Sequence record: OV876907
DNA: 64,000 bases
Source: Escherichia phage UGJNEcP3
Direction: 5' to 3' (one strand)
A program made the position numbers and the translations under genes. This document shows, piece by piece, positions 1 to 8,800 of the stretch. Within the stretch, counting starts at the first letter, position 1, and each line of letters begins with the position of its first letter. The notes below the pieces were generated by a model, which worked only from the letters and a program-made list of their open reading frames with translations, was not told where the DNA came from and ran no database searches.

Positions 1-528
1 ACCAATTGAAGCATTAGAACCATGAATACGAGCCTTAACCGCGATGACAGAAGGGGTCTTATCAGTAGCTCCTGATTTAATAAGGTCCTTAAGTCGTTTT
101 TCACGCTTTTTAAGGCCTCTTTGGGTGTCTTTAATATTTTTAACGATTTTACGAATTTTATAATAGTTATCGGGGGTGACTTTAAAACTATTAGGCATTT
201 TAGAACTACCTGAAATACGGACCGCTAAACGGGTTTGTGCACGTTTCAATTCGTCTAGAGACAAATCGGCCCGTAAGCTGTTATACTTGATTTTAACTGG
301 GATTACATTACCCTCAATATAGCCGATATCATTATTAAAACGTTCAAATGAAATCTTATCACTAACTGAATTCTCATCAAAGCTCTCGCCTGAATAAGCA
401 CACACTTTTTGTTCGAGAAGTCTACGAACATACTTACTAGACAGATTGAAGTCCTTACCACGTTTATAAGCAGAAGCTTTGGTGTGTTTGCGGCGGTTGT
501 AAACCTTTAACTCAAATTCAGGGGTCAT
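1..528 (-). CDS. HNH/homing-endonuclease-like protein, partial (3' end beyond window)
   Basis: ATG at 528 (minus), frame open to position 1 (176 codons); motif ...FERFNNDIGYIEGNV... resembles HNH-type core; not in ORF track because incomplete. Confidence 0.4.
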   Translation of the reverse strand, partial: MTPEFELKVYNRRKHTKASAYKRGKDFNLSSKYVRRLLEQKVCAYSGESFDENSVSDKISFERFNNDIGYIEGNVIPVKIKYNSLRADLSLDELKRAQTRLAVRISGSSKMPNSFKVTPDNYYKIRKIVKNIKDTQRGLKKREKRLKDLIKSGATDKTPSVIAVKARIHGSNASIG

Positions 529-569
529 GGTATTTTTCTCATCTTACGGACGATTAGTTGATAGGTTCT

Positions 570-599
570 ATAGTATCATGTTGCTTGGTAAAGTAAACA
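570..599 (-). promoter_or_regulatory. early-type promoter-like element (GTTTAC -35, 18-nt spacer, TACTAT -10)
   Basis: read on minus strand; member of recurring conserved intergenic module; lies upstream of ORF starting at 528. Confidence 0.45.
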
Positions 600-667
600 C
601 TTTTTTGCTTTAAATTTTCGACGGTATAATGAATCAAGGACTTTGCCTTTCAATTAAACCGGGTGGT

Positions 668-1282
668 TCAGTAAGAAAGAACGGAAAGATTCCAAATGGT
701 GTAATTATTCCATTTAGGATTTCTCTCAATAGAGTCTACGCGCAGCGTAGTTCCCGCAGGGAACATCATCTCATCTTCATCATTAATTAATTGTAAGTTT
801 GCTACACGTGTAGATTCAGGAAATGCGCCTGGGAACTCTTCAGGGGGCGCAGCACATAACATTTTAAAGATTTCTTCCTGATAATTGTACACAAATGGTG
901 CATCATTAATACAAAAGATATTAAATGTGCCGTAGAAGTTATAAGATGCGAAATTCCTTGCCACGTTGAAGTCTTTAGAGAAGCTCATCACGCGGTCGAA
1001 TTCAATTACCGCACCTACACACATTGTGGACTCTAGATACCTCATAGTCTTTTTAGATATGCCGCGATAGAGCTTATCAGGCACTACAGAAGTCAGGTTC
1101 TTACGAATAATTTTGTTCAGAGTTTCCTGGATAGAATCAGGTTTATTTTCCATACACTGCCAGAGCGTGCTCTGTTCTAAATCAGAATACACCTCATCAA
1201 TTTCTATCTGAGTATTCTCACGGAAATCATCGCATTTGACATTGTTGATAAATTCTGCTAATTTATAGCTTGGATATAACAT
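668..1282 (-). CDS. ADP-ribosyltransferase, ModA/ModB-like (paralog 1)
   Basis: R-S-E type motifs: LYRG, SFS, E-D-E; tandem paralog of next ORF; position before soc/56 as for T4 modA/modB. Confidence 0.55.
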   Translation of the reverse strand: MLYPSYKLAEFINNVKCDDFRENTQIEIDEVYSDLEQSTLWQCMENKPDSIQETLNKIIRKNLTSVVPDKLYRGISKKTMRYLESTMCVGAVIEFDRVMSFSKDFNVARNFASYNFYGTFNIFCINDAPFVYNYQEEIFKMLCAAPPEEFPGAFPESTRVANLQLINDEDEMMFPAGTTLRVDSIERNPKWNNYTIWNLSVLSY

Positions 1283-1336
1283 ATTATTCTCCTCAGTTGA
1301 TAGAAAGATAGTACCACAAGCCTCCTTGCCTGTAAA

Positions 1337-1906
1337 CTAAAAATCCAACATTTTTAAATGAATTATTTTGTACTCGATTTCGTATGGATCCCTTTTGACG
1401 GTTTCGATTGCAACAATCTCAAATCGCGATAGACTAGAGACCATGAACTCGCATTCAGTTTCAACCATATCATAGAGGTCGATACGAGATTCATCTATTT
1501 CAAGCTCATCCACATTCCCTGCAAGAACAAGGTCGATAGCATGATTGTAGTAGTCGAAAATGAACGGTGCATTCCTGAGACTTAAAATGGTTTTGGTTCC
1601 ATACTCCCATGCCCCTGCGAACTGACGAGCCTGAGAGTATTGTGTACTAAAAGAAGTAACTCGACCAGGAGACCATTGACACCCTACTGAAAGGAGCTCT
1701 AATTGCTCAAGTTCTCTGGGGGTAATCCCGCGATACAACTCTACTGGAACCGCTGAAGTAACATGCTTGCGAACCAGTTTGTCGAGGTCGTAATGGAAGT
1801 TAGGGTCCTTTTTAGCGTCCAGACATTTTTCTAAAAGATTCTGTTCGTGTTTTGAGAATTTGGAATTGATTCGGTCTTGATAAAGACATTTTTGTTCGAT
1901 GTTCAT
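1337..1906 (-). CDS. ADP-ribosyltransferase, ModA/ModB-like (paralog 2)
   Basis: LYRG, SFS, E-C-E motifs; alignable with 668..1282. Confidence 0.55.
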   Translation of the reverse strand: MNIEQKCLYQDRINSKFSKHEQNLLEKCLDAKKDPNFHYDLDKLVRKHVTSAVPVELYRGITPRELEQLELLSVGCQWSPGRVTSFSTQYSQARQFAGAWEYGTKTILSLRNAPFIFDYYNHAIDLVLAGNVDELEIDESRIDLYDMVETECEFMVSSLSRFEIVAIETVKRDPYEIEYKIIHLKMLDF

Positions 1907-1930
1907 ATGACCTCCAGTGATTTAGAGGTC

Positions 1931-1959
1931 ATTATAACATGAAGGGAGGAGGTGTAAAC
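1931..1959 (-). promoter_or_regulatory. promoter-like element GTTTAC-N17-TATAAT
   Basis: minus-strand reading of gtaaac(1954-1959) and attata(1931-1936); immediately upstream of ORF start 1906. Confidence 0.5.
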
Positions 1960-2213
1960 TACTTAAACACACCAAGTGGGGCGCCAAACACTGCAATGTC
2001 AGCAGCCATGCCTAATGAGGATTGGGTATATGAAGTATAGGAGCTTTTTGATTCATAAGAGCTTTTTGTTTCTGGCTTCTCGGCTTCAATCTTAGGAGCT
2101 TTCGCCTGAATATTTTTTTGCTCGATTTCCTTACGAGCCTGTTTACGGTCGATATCCAACGCCGATGTAGGTATATTAGTCAGCCAATTCATTATTTTAC
2201 CCAAGGAGCCCAA
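1959..2213 (-). CDS. hypothetical protein (84 aa)
   Basis: ORF on dominant strand; no motif recognised. Confidence 0.35.
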   Translation of the reverse strand: MGSLGKIMNWLTNIPTSALDIDRKQARKEIEQKNIQAKAPKIEAEKPETKSSYESKSSYTSYTQSSLGMAADIAVFGAPLGVFK

Positions 2214-2380
2214 GGTGGAGGGTCTAAGTAATAAGAAGCAAGGTCACTAAGGACCTCTTTAGGCAACTTAAAACCGTGCTTCTGTATAATCATATCAAGT
2301 TCGTTGACAAGGTCAACAGGCGGCTCCTGAGTTGTTTCAGGCTCAGGGTCTGGGATGACAAACATATCAAATAAGTCCAT
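2192..2380 (-). CDS. hypothetical protein (62 aa)
   Basis: ORF on dominant strand, start abuts upstream stop. Confidence 0.3.
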   Translation of the reverse strand: MDLFDMFVIPDPEPETTQEPPVDLVNELDMIIQKHGFKLPKEVLSDLASYYLDPPPWAPWVK

Positions 2381-2871
2381 TAGTAACCACCGATAGGGCC
2401 GTAACCGTACATACGAGCTCGTAGCTTAGCATCATGAATAGCTTCTTCGGTCGGGGTAAAGCGCAAACCTATATCAAAGTGTTTCCAAATCTGACATTCT
2501 ACTTCCGCCAGGTCTTCGACGGTAGAAATCAGATAAGTACGACCTTTAAGACGTTCGCCTGTCATTGTATCATGACCTTTATAGAAAATATCCGTTGTTC
2601 CTTCGGCATACGGGTCCGCCGGATAACGATAGCCTTTGATATGCAAGGCTTGAGCCACACTAAAAGGGCATCCCTCAGCAACATCAACGTTTTGATTATG
2701 GCGTACTTTCATCATAACATTTTCAGGAAGATTGATATCTTTTAAGCGCGATTCTAACTGGGTGATAGAATTCATACCGTTGTCAACAAGGATAAGACTT
2801 GCTGTAGCATCATAAGGACGCGTTTGGCCGGCAGAATCACGTACATGGAATTCGAGTTCATAGACTTTCAT
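2380..2871 (-). CDS. hypothetical protein (163 aa)
   Basis: ORF on dominant strand; no motif recognised. Confidence 0.45.
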   Translation of the reverse strand: MKVYELEFHVRDSAGQTRPYDATASLILVDNGMNSITQLESRLKDINLPENVMMKVRHNQNVDVAEGCPFSVAQALHIKGYRYPADPYAEGTTDIFYKGHDTMTGERLKGRTYLISTVEDLAEVECQIWKHFDIGLRFTPTEEAIHDAKLRARMYGYGPIGGY

Positions 2872-3021
2872 TATGTTTTCCTCTTCTTAGTTTACCTACT
2901 AAAGGACCATCCGGAATTTTATTTTCTTGGATGTATTTCTCGTTTTCTTCCATCATTTTACTACCAATTTTAAGAAGCAAATCCAGTGCCTCTTTAGCAT
3001 GTTTTTCAGCCTCTTCAGTAG

Positions 3022-3222
3022 TCATGATTTATCCCCATAGATGTCACGCATAATTCTAAGAGCTTCACGTTCTAATTTCTTTTCGCGTTCGTCACGGATG
3101 CCTTTAAGAATCCATTCCTCGGATTCACGTTTCATTTCTGCATTAGCTTGGTCTAACCAACCGTCATCAAGATAATCACCGGGACGGTCTAGCCAATCTT
3201 TAAGCCATGATAAAGGTTTCAT
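3022..3222 (-). CDS. hypothetical protein (66 aa)
   Basis: ORF; stop/start junction with 3222..3557. Confidence 0.35.
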   Translation of the reverse strand: MKPLSWLKDWLDRPGDYLDDGWLDQANAEMKRESEEWILKGIRDEREKKLEREALRIMRDIYGDKS

Positions 3223-3557
3223 TAATCACACGAGCTAGACGACGAGTCACAGCTTCCTGAGTCATAAGACGAATAAGAAGAATCACCAGTCCAAGAACTA
3301 ACAGCCGCCGCAACCATAATAGGAGTACTATCAATATGGCTTGTGCGACGAGCTTCTAAATGTTCTTTTAACTTTTCAGAATTCAAAGGAAGGGCACCTG
3401 GGCCTACATTACCTGCTTTTTCAGGTTGCCGGATAACTTCTTCCATCATACCATCGCCCACATAAACATATTCCCTTAACTTAACGTCTGATGGACTAAT
3501 AGGAACCGGACCTTCGCCTGGGGTAATTTTGAATAAATTCTTAAGCCACTGAATCAT
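3222..3557 (-). CDS. hypothetical protein (111 aa)
   Basis: ORF; overlapping junctions with neighbours. Confidence 0.4.
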   Translation of the reverse strand: MIQWLKNLFKITPGEGPVPISPSDVKLREYVYVGDGMMEEVIRQPEKAGNVGPGALPLNSEKLKEHLEARRTSHIDSTPIMVAAAVSSWTGDSSYSSYDSGSCDSSSSSCD

Positions 3558-3799
3558 AGGAAACCTCGTTTAAATTCAACTTTATCGATATCATCAGTCT
3601 CGTGACGGATTTCAGCATTAAATTCGATAGAACCGTCTTCATGCATCATAAATGAATGGACAATAACTTCGGTATACCAAGGAGTATAAAAGTACTTTTT
3701 CAATACGTGGTTAGCGATAATTTCATCCAAAGTTTTATTAGGTTTAATCCAACGATTTAACATAGTGTTCTCCTCTATAAGGTAAGACCATCTTAACAC
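3554..3799 (-). CDS. hypothetical protein (81 aa)
   Basis: ORF; ATGA-type overlap with downstream ORF. Confidence 0.4.
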   Translation of the reverse strand: MLRWSYLIEENTMLNRWIKPNKTLDEIIANHVLKKYFYTPWYTEVIVHSFMMHEDGSIEFNAEIRHETDDIDKVEFKRGFL

Positions 3800-3828
3800 A
3801 ACCTTTCTAGAAAGTAAACCCTTAAAAC

Positions 3829-3854
3829 GAAAAAAGGAATCCCGAAGGATTCCT
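3829..3854 (-). terminator. intrinsic terminator-like hairpin downstream of soc
   Basis: AGGAATC-loop-GATTCCT stem followed by U-run on minus strand (A-run 3829-3835 on plus). Confidence 0.55.
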
Positions 3855-3859
3855 CATAA

Positions 3860-4102
3860 TTAAACTCCAGGTGATACAGGAGTCGGCGTGAACATTGCTG
3901 CGTTCTTGGTCTTCCAGTCAGCAGCATCAGTCACTACGGTTGAGTAGGCTGCAACGGCCGAAGGAAAAGTCTGATAATGAGCATTGGCAATACGGTGCTC
4001 GTTCGAATAGATTTCAAACGGAACTGATACTTCAACACCTTTAACTTCTTTACCTTCACCAGCTGGATGCGTAAAGGTTTTTATATTAACGAAACCACCC
4101 AT
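3860..4102 (-). CDS. soc: small outer capsid protein Soc
   Basis: 80 aa; ...YVNIKTF...AHYQTFPS...AAYSTV... matches Soc as recalled; late promoter upstream. Confidence 0.8.
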   Translation of the reverse strand: MGGFVNIKTFTHPAGEGKEVKGVEVSVPFEIYSNEHRIANAHYQTFPSAVAAYSTVVTDAADWKTKNAAMFTPTPVSPGV

Positions 4103-4133
4103 AATTAACTCCTTTGTTGTTTAATTACAGGTG

Positions 4134-4141
4134 TATTTATA
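4134..4141 (-). promoter_or_regulatory. T4-type late promoter TATAAATA
   Basis: plus tatttata = minus TATAAATA, about 30 nt upstream of soc ATG. Confidence 0.5.
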
Positions 4142-4144
4142 TCA

Positions 4145-4666
4145 TTAATAACCACGGTCCTGACGAGCAAAGTTCTCGGCATTTTTCAGATAATACAGTT
4201 TAAAGATTTCTTCTGCAGTAAGTCCAAGACCCTGGAACATATTCAGAACAAAGTGCAGAATATCAATCATTTCGAATTTAATTTCGAGTTGGTCTTCAGG
4301 AGACAACTCGTCGATACGACGATTACGGAATTCAGCATGCTGAGCTTTCCAAGGCTTCCACACACTAGAGGCTGCTTTTTCACCGTTGGACATACCGCCA
4401 AGAGAAGTCAGCAGTTCACGGAATTCATCGTCAATATAATCTTTCTGGTTGCGAAGCCAATCGACGACTTGACCTGCGGTAGCCAGTTCATCAGGATTAG
4501 AGTTGAATTCTGATTTTTCGGTAGCCAGGCGAACCTGTAAAGATTTCTGCATATCAAGCATAACTTGCAGAGGGTCTTTATCTTCATGAATCAGAGCATT
4601 AAAATAAGCTTCCTCAGCTTTATCAACACCAGAAATCAAACCACTACATTCGTTAAAAAATGCCAT
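4145..4666 (-). CDS. 56: dCTP pyrophosphatase (gene 56-like, MazG family)
   Basis: 173 aa, size and position as T4 gp56; all-alpha MazG-like sequence character. Confidence 0.7.
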   Translation of the reverse strand: MAFFNECSGLISGVDKAEEAYFNALIHEDKDPLQVMLDMQKSLQVRLATEKSEFNSNPDELATAGQVVDWLRNQKDYIDDEFRELLTSLGGMSNGEKAASSVWKPWKAQHAEFRNRRIDELSPEDQLEIKFEMIDILHFVLNMFQGLGLTAEEIFKLYYLKNAENFARQDRGY

Positions 4667-4670
4667 TATA

Positions 4671-5327
4671 TTATTTCCTATTAAAGTTTTCTATCATTCG
4701 TCGATAACAAATATCAGGATATCCATTATCAACAGCTATTTTATTAAATTTGGTGCGTTTAGGTTTATTATTGTAAACCCATAATTCATAAAGCATATCG
4801 TAACTATTCCATATTTCTCCACGCCTAGGATTTGGCAAACCATATCGAGGGGAATCTTTACCACTAAATCTTCCTTTTCTAGCTTTACTCATATTGGCCT
4901 TGGCTTCATCAGATATAATTTTATCTTTATGAGCCAGGCGCATTTTGGCTTTAGTTTCTTCAGGAGTTTTCATCCCTCTAATCCAGGAAGGTTTACCAAA
5001 CATCGGGTTATTTTTTCCCGAAAATGCTTTAGCGTTATTTTCTCTTAACGTGGCTATAGTTCTACTAGTTAATTTAACTCCTTTATTATATCTCATTAAA
5101 TTAACAGCATAATGTAGACCTTTTACTTCGGGATATATTTTTGTTAAAAGCCTATGAGCTACAAAGTGTTCTCTTGGCAATAAAGCAACTAAATTGTTTT
5201 TATCATCAGAACCATTCATACATCTAGGTATAACATGGTGTTCTTCCGTATAATACGATAAAGACCGCTTAGAACCTCTTAATTTTCCTTTAGATATTAA
5301 TTCCTGGTATATTTTTTCGTAATTCAT
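4671..5327 (-). CDS. HNH homing endonuclease
   Basis: EEHHVIPRCMNGSDDKNNLVALLPREHFVAH HNH core plus repeated GKNNPMFGK / NUMOD-like motifs; free-standing between 56 and 61. Confidence 0.7.
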   Translation of the reverse strand: MNYEKIYQELISKGKLRGSKRSLSYYTEEHHVIPRCMNGSDDKNNLVALLPREHFVAHRLLTKIYPEVKGLHYAVNLMRYNKGVKLTSRTIATLRENNAKAFSGKNNPMFGKPSWIRGMKTPEETKAKMRLAHKDKIISDEAKANMSKARKGRFSGKDSPRYGLPNPRRGEIWNSYDMLYELWVYNNKPKRTKFNKIAVDNGYPDICYRRMIENFNRK

Positions 5328-5360
5328 GGGATAATTGTATCATTAATTTGTAAAGCAAGT

Positions 5361-5368
5361 TATAAATA
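5361..5368 (+). promoter_or_regulatory. late promoter TATAAATA (plus strand)
   Basis: tataaata followed by AGGAGG and ATG at 5390. Confidence 0.45.
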
Positions 5369-5389
5369 TTAATTTAACAGGAGGATAAC

Positions 5390-5590
5390 ATGGGCAGTAT
5401 TTTTTACCAAATCTGGAAATTGGCCGAAAAGAAAGACAAGAAAATGATGTTAGGTTTTCTTGCGCTAGACGTATTCCTTTGGAATCTTTTAGTAGTTCCT
5501 GTAGCCGCTAGCCAAGGGGTAATTTTACCAGCGGTTACAATGGAACACGTATTAAGCATAATTGGATTCTTTAGCGGAGTTCCTGTCTAA
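5390..5590 (+). CDS. small hydrophobic membrane protein (66 aa); rare plus-strand gene
   Basis: occupies a gap with no minus ORF; strong SD AGGAGG; late promoter motif upstream; two hydrophobic segments. Confidence 0.45.
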   Translation: MGSIFYQIWKLAEKKDKKMMLGFLALDVFLWNLLVVPVAASQGVILPAVTMEHVLSIIGFFSGVPV

Positions 5591-6615
5591 ATTTTAGAAT
5601 ATTTTGAAAGCCTCATTTTTGCCATTAACCCTTGGGCTATATTAGCTTTCATATACGCCAATATATCATTTATATCAGCTTTATCTTTCATAACCATATC
5701 ATTTATATCTTTAGAAGGCCATGGAGCCTTGTCCCAGAATAGGACCCTTTCGCCGGCATCAACTAATCGTTGCATACGCTTAATTGTGTCAGGATGACGG
5801 GGTTCATTGTCCATTACCCAAGCACGAGTTTCTTTACATGGAACCATAGCCAAGTCCAACGACCCACCAGTAATTGCTATTGCATTAGGTACGAATAATG
5901 AATCAATAGGACCTTCCATTACCCACACCAATTGACGTTCGTCAACTGTATCCATTCCATATATTTTTGTAGCTTGGTCATGAGCTTTTATTGTAATATA
6001 TTTTTGTGGAGCATCTTTACGCAAGGCTCGGCCCTGAAAACTTTCAATTTGTTTATTCTTATTGAAAATTGGAATAACCAAACGTGGTTCAGGCATTTCT
6101 TTGGAATAGGTCCCTGGATTCACAGAGTTAACTAATGCTGGCCATTCTTTAGTAAACCATAACCGATTCCATTTATTTTCAGGAATGCACCGCAGAGTTA
6201 CATACTTAATAATAGGATGGTCTTTCGGCATTCTATCTAATCGTTCACAGAAATTAAGCTTTTCAATGACAGGCATCTTAGCTTTAATTTTTTCAGATAT
6301 CTCCACCTTAGGTGCAGCTTGTCTCCCAAACGATTGCTCTTTATGTTTCTCAAGAATATATTCGCGATATAAATCAGGCTCATATTCGTATAGGTACTTC
6401 TTAATTCCTGCCGAATAATCACAGTTAAAACAGTGCAGCATTACGGAGCCATCATTAGCTGGATAGGCCCAAAAACGAGCTTTGTTCTCATCTTTTAGGG
6501 AGTCGCCACATACACGACAACGACAGTTTAATTTAAAATCACTACCGGTTACTTGTCTGAATTTAGGTTGGTAATTCAAGGCACGTACAGCAAATTCTCT
6601 ATCGACATATGACAT
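5587..6615 (-). CDS. 61: DNA primase (gene 61)
   Basis: 342 aa; N-terminal zinc ribbon CRCRVCGDS...HCFNCDYS; TOPRIM-like core; position between 56 and 41. Confidence 0.85.
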   Translation of the reverse strand: MSYVDREFAVRALNYQPKFRQVTGSDFKLNCRCRVCGDSLKDENKARFWAYPANDGSVMLHCFNCDYSAGIKKYLYEYEPDLYREYILEKHKEQSFGRQAAPKVEISEKIKAKMPVIEKLNFCERLDRMPKDHPIIKYVTLRCIPENKWNRLWFTKEWPALVNSVNPGTYSKEMPEPRLVIPIFNKNKQIESFQGRALRKDAPQKYITIKAHDQATKIYGMDTVDERQLVWVMEGPIDSLFVPNAIAITGGSLDLAMVPCKETRAWVMDNEPRHPDTIKRMQRLVDAGERVLFWDKAPWPSKDINDMVMKDKADINDILAYMKANIAQGLMAKMRLSKYSKI

Positions 6616-6653
6616 TGTTTTTCCTTGGGCTCTAAATTAATAGAGCCATTATA

Positions 6654-6815
6654 TCATTCGTTTTCGGATTTTTCTTTACGCTTTTTGGATGGGATTTGTT
6701 CAGGCCCTTTGTTGACGACTGCACCTGAGGTAGTTCCGGAGGCAATATTAGATGGGTTTCCACCTGCATCACCTGCGACCATATCTTCGTTCATAACTTC
6801 TTTAAAAGATTTCAT
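6654..6815 (-). CDS. small hypothetical protein (53 aa)
   Basis: ATG 6815 preceded by AGGAG and minus-strand TATAAATA (6829-6836); below ORF-track size cut-off. Confidence 0.3.
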   Translation of the reverse strand: MKSFKEVMNEDMVAGDAGGNPSNIASGTTSGAVVNKGPEQIPSKKRKEKSENE

Positions 6816-6831
6816 AGGCTCCTGGCCTTAT

Positions 6832-7023
6832 TTATATTACGAAAATAGCTTTATCGCCATTTGCATCAGTGACTTCGTACGTATCTTCGTGGTAAAGTGG
6901 GATAATCCAGGTCACACCATCATCAGCAATAACATGGATAGCTTCTTGGTCTTTTGATACGATTTCATATTCTTCGAACAACTCGAATACAGAAATCTTA
7001 GAGCCCGTACACATTGCACTCAT
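6832..7023 (-). CDS. hypothetical protein (63 aa)
   Basis: ORF on dominant strand. Confidence 0.35.
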   Translation of the reverse strand: MSAMCTGSKISVFELFEEYEIVSKDQEAIHVIADDGVTWIIPLYHEDTYEVTDANGDKAIFVI

Positions 7024-7219
7024 ATTGTTCCCTTCTTTTAATCAGGTGGCGATGAGCCTTTTTAAGTTTACGAAGCTGGCGTTTAGTTGGCCGTGCAACA
7101 TAAGCTTGAGTAGTTACTCGTCCAAAAACACCATACTTAGGTGAAGGAGAATCAATAAAGACTTCCCACTGGCAGGAGTAACCATATACCGCTTTAGAGA
7201 ATTGAGTTAAAACAAACAT
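6998..7219 (-). CDS. hypothetical protein (73 aa)
   Basis: ORF; start lies inside the 44-bp repeated junction. Confidence 0.35.
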   Translation of the reverse strand: MFVLTQFSKAVYGYSCQWEVFIDSPSPKYGVFGRVTTQAYVARPTKRQLRKLKKAHRHLIKRREQYECNVYGL

Positions 7220-7260
7220 ATCAACCTCGATTCATAAAGGCATTAAAAATCTGGTCGTCG
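7217..7260. repeat. 44-bp direct repeat copy A (gene-junction module)
   Basis: about 90% identical to 7569-7612; encodes the C-terminal VDDQIFNAFM(N/K)R of the upstream ORF, its stop and the ATG of the next ORF. Confidence 0.7.
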
Positions 7261-7571
7261 ACAGACTGTTCTTGAGCTTTGTCTACCCCGTTCAAAATGT
7301 CGTTCGCTTCATCAGATAGCATGACTCCAATTTTGGGATTTCCTGTTATCCAGGCGGCGCAATCACGTACATTCTTTTTATCAAATGGATAGCCACGAGT
7401 ATCTTCATAAGGTCCATTCATTACCAGGAATGAGCGAGCCTTTATGATAATATCATCTTTAACGATAATATAACCAATCGCTTGATTAAACCGAGGGTCG
7501 CGGAATTCATAATGAGCATTACCATCATTATTGCTCGCCAGTTCAAAATTCAGAAAATTGTAATCATTCAT
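7221..7571 (-). CDS. hypothetical protein (116 aa), C-terminal VDDQIFNAFMNRG
   Basis: ORF; shares C-terminal tail with 7573..8007. Confidence 0.45.
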   Translation of the reverse strand: MNDYNFLNFELASNNDGNAHYEFRDPRFNQAIGYIIVKDDIIIKARSFLVMNGPYEDTRGYPFDKKNVRDCAAWITGNPKIGVMLSDEANDILNGVDKAQEQSVDDQIFNAFMNRG

Positions 7572-7612
7572 ATCAATCTCGCTTCATGAAGGCATTAAAA
7601 ATCTGGTCGTCA
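7569..7612. repeat. 44-bp direct repeat copy B
   Basis: see copy A. Confidence 0.7.
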
Positions 7613-8007
7613 ACTGAATATACAGGGGTTTCCAGAATTTTCAACAGGCTGTTTTTGATGTACTTGCTAGGGATATCCATATTAACGCAGTCGTTCAATT
7701 CGTTGTTAGGGATGATGTCTTTAAATTCAAACCCTTCAAACTCAACCTTGTCAGGAATACCATCAGCGAAAAAATAAACCAATTGGTGCATTGTATTGCA
7801 TGAAAATAATTTAGACTTCACTGCAATAAGTTCTTGCCAATGGTTTAATTCTCTATTAAGAAGTTTATGGGCAAATACAATCCTATCATCACTATCAACA
7901 ATAAAATAGCCCAGGTATTGATGGTCATCGTTCCAATACATCCTGTATGCCTGGGCATTTGGATTTTTACAACGAAGTTTTTTGATAACCAAATTTCTGT
8001 TAATCAT
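7573..8007 (-). CDS. hypothetical protein (144 aa from internal ATG), C-terminal VDDQIFNAFMKRD
   Basis: track ORF extends to 8094, overlapping the upstream gene; ATG at 8007 has SD AGGTGA. Confidence 0.4.
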   Translation of the reverse strand: MINRNLVIKKLRCKNPNAQAYRMYWNDDHQYLGYFIVDSDDRIVFAHKLLNRELNHWQELIAVKSKLFSCNTMHQLVYFFADGIPDKVEFEGFEFKDIIPNNELNDCVNMDIPSKYIKNSLLKILETPVYSVDDQIFNAFMKRD

Positions 8008-8008
8008 T

Positions 8009-8302
8009 TTATTCACCTGTAACTTCTTTAACGATATTTTTGTTATCGAAATTAGCATCGCAGTACAGAACATAGTTATACTGCATAACACCACCTGAAG
8101 CTAATTGGTCTGACACTTCTTTAGCCATATCAGGGCGGTCACGTTTAGTGATGTTCATGATATCAGCATAAATCTGATGTTCGACTGATTCTTGGTCTGC
8201 AGTCATAGACCATTCACAAAGGTCTTTATCCAATCCGGCTGTAACTGGAGCTGTACCACATGATGCTACTGTAAGGATTGCTGCGATTAATAACTTTTTC
8301 AT
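8009..8302 (-). CDS. secreted/lipoprotein (signal peptide MKKLLIAAILTVASCG)
   Basis: track ORF starts further upstream (non-ATG); ATG at 8302 with SD GAGGAG gives classic lipobox; possibly Spackle-like by position (weak). Confidence 0.5.
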   Translation of the reverse strand: MKKLLIAAILTVASCGTAPVTAGLDKDLCEWSMTADQESVEHQIYADIMNITKRDRPDMAKEVSDQLASGGVMQYNYVLYCDANFDNKNIVKEVTGE

Positions 8303-8330
8303 TTGAATCTCCTCGTTAGTTGATAGGTCT

Positions 8331-8360
8331 ATAGTATCACTACCATAGACCGTTGTAAAC
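8331..8360 (-). promoter_or_regulatory. promoter-like element GTTTAC-N18-TACTAT with inverted repeat
   Basis: conserved module ttgataggtctatagtatca; upstream of lipoprotein start. Confidence 0.45.
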
Positions 8361-8362
8361 AC

Positions 8363-8659
8363 TTATTTTACTTTAGAGTAATCCAAAGTTACTAACTGTG
8401 GTTCCATTGCCAGCCGACGCTGACGACGGAGAACCTCACCACCAACATAAGCTCGAAAAGCTTTTTTGCACTGGCGAATCTGACGCTTAGTAGGGCGAAC
8501 AGTAAATTCGTAGAACTCTACAAAATCCATTTCGCCTTTAGTTTCCTGAGAAAGGACAAGTTCCCAACGACTATTAATACGGTCTACATAAAACTTGTGC
8601 TTACCAAAAGACCGGTCCCAAAAGCCACTTTTAACAGGTTTCATAATTTGAATATTCAT
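8363..8659 (-). CDS. hypothetical protein (98 aa)
   Basis: ORF on dominant strand. Confidence 0.45.
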   Translation of the reverse strand: MNIQIMKPVKSGFWDRSFGKHKFYVDRINSRWELVLSQETKGEMDFVEFYEFTVRPTKRQIRQCKKAFRAYVGGEVLRRQRRLAMEPQLVTLDYSKVK

Positions 8660-8800
8660 TTATTCCTCACCTTCATGTTTGTGAGCAAATTCTTCGTATT
8701 CGCTGTCGCAGTCTAAACAGGTAGCGTTGTCCCAAGCATCAAATACTGCCTGGTCTTCACATACTGAACAACCACATACTACACATTCAACTTCTTCCAT
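8660..8800 (-). CDS. small Cys-rich zinc-ribbon-like protein (46 aa)
   Basis: MEEVECVVCGCSVCEDQ...CLDCDSEYEE; fills gap exactly between neighbouring ORFs; below track cut-off. Confidence 0.3.
   Translation of the reverse strand: MEEVECVVCGCSVCEDQAVFDAWDNATCLDCDSEYEEFAHKHEGEE

Noticed and set aside
2434-2745. Plus-strand ORFs from the six-frame track lying inside minus-strand genes (for example 2434..2745, 18333..18659, 27082..27531, 41010..41564, 49475..49834, 49937..50413)
   Set aside because: They are antisense to well-supported genes, lack Shine-Dalgarno sequences and have no recognisable motifs; almost certainly shadow ORFs.
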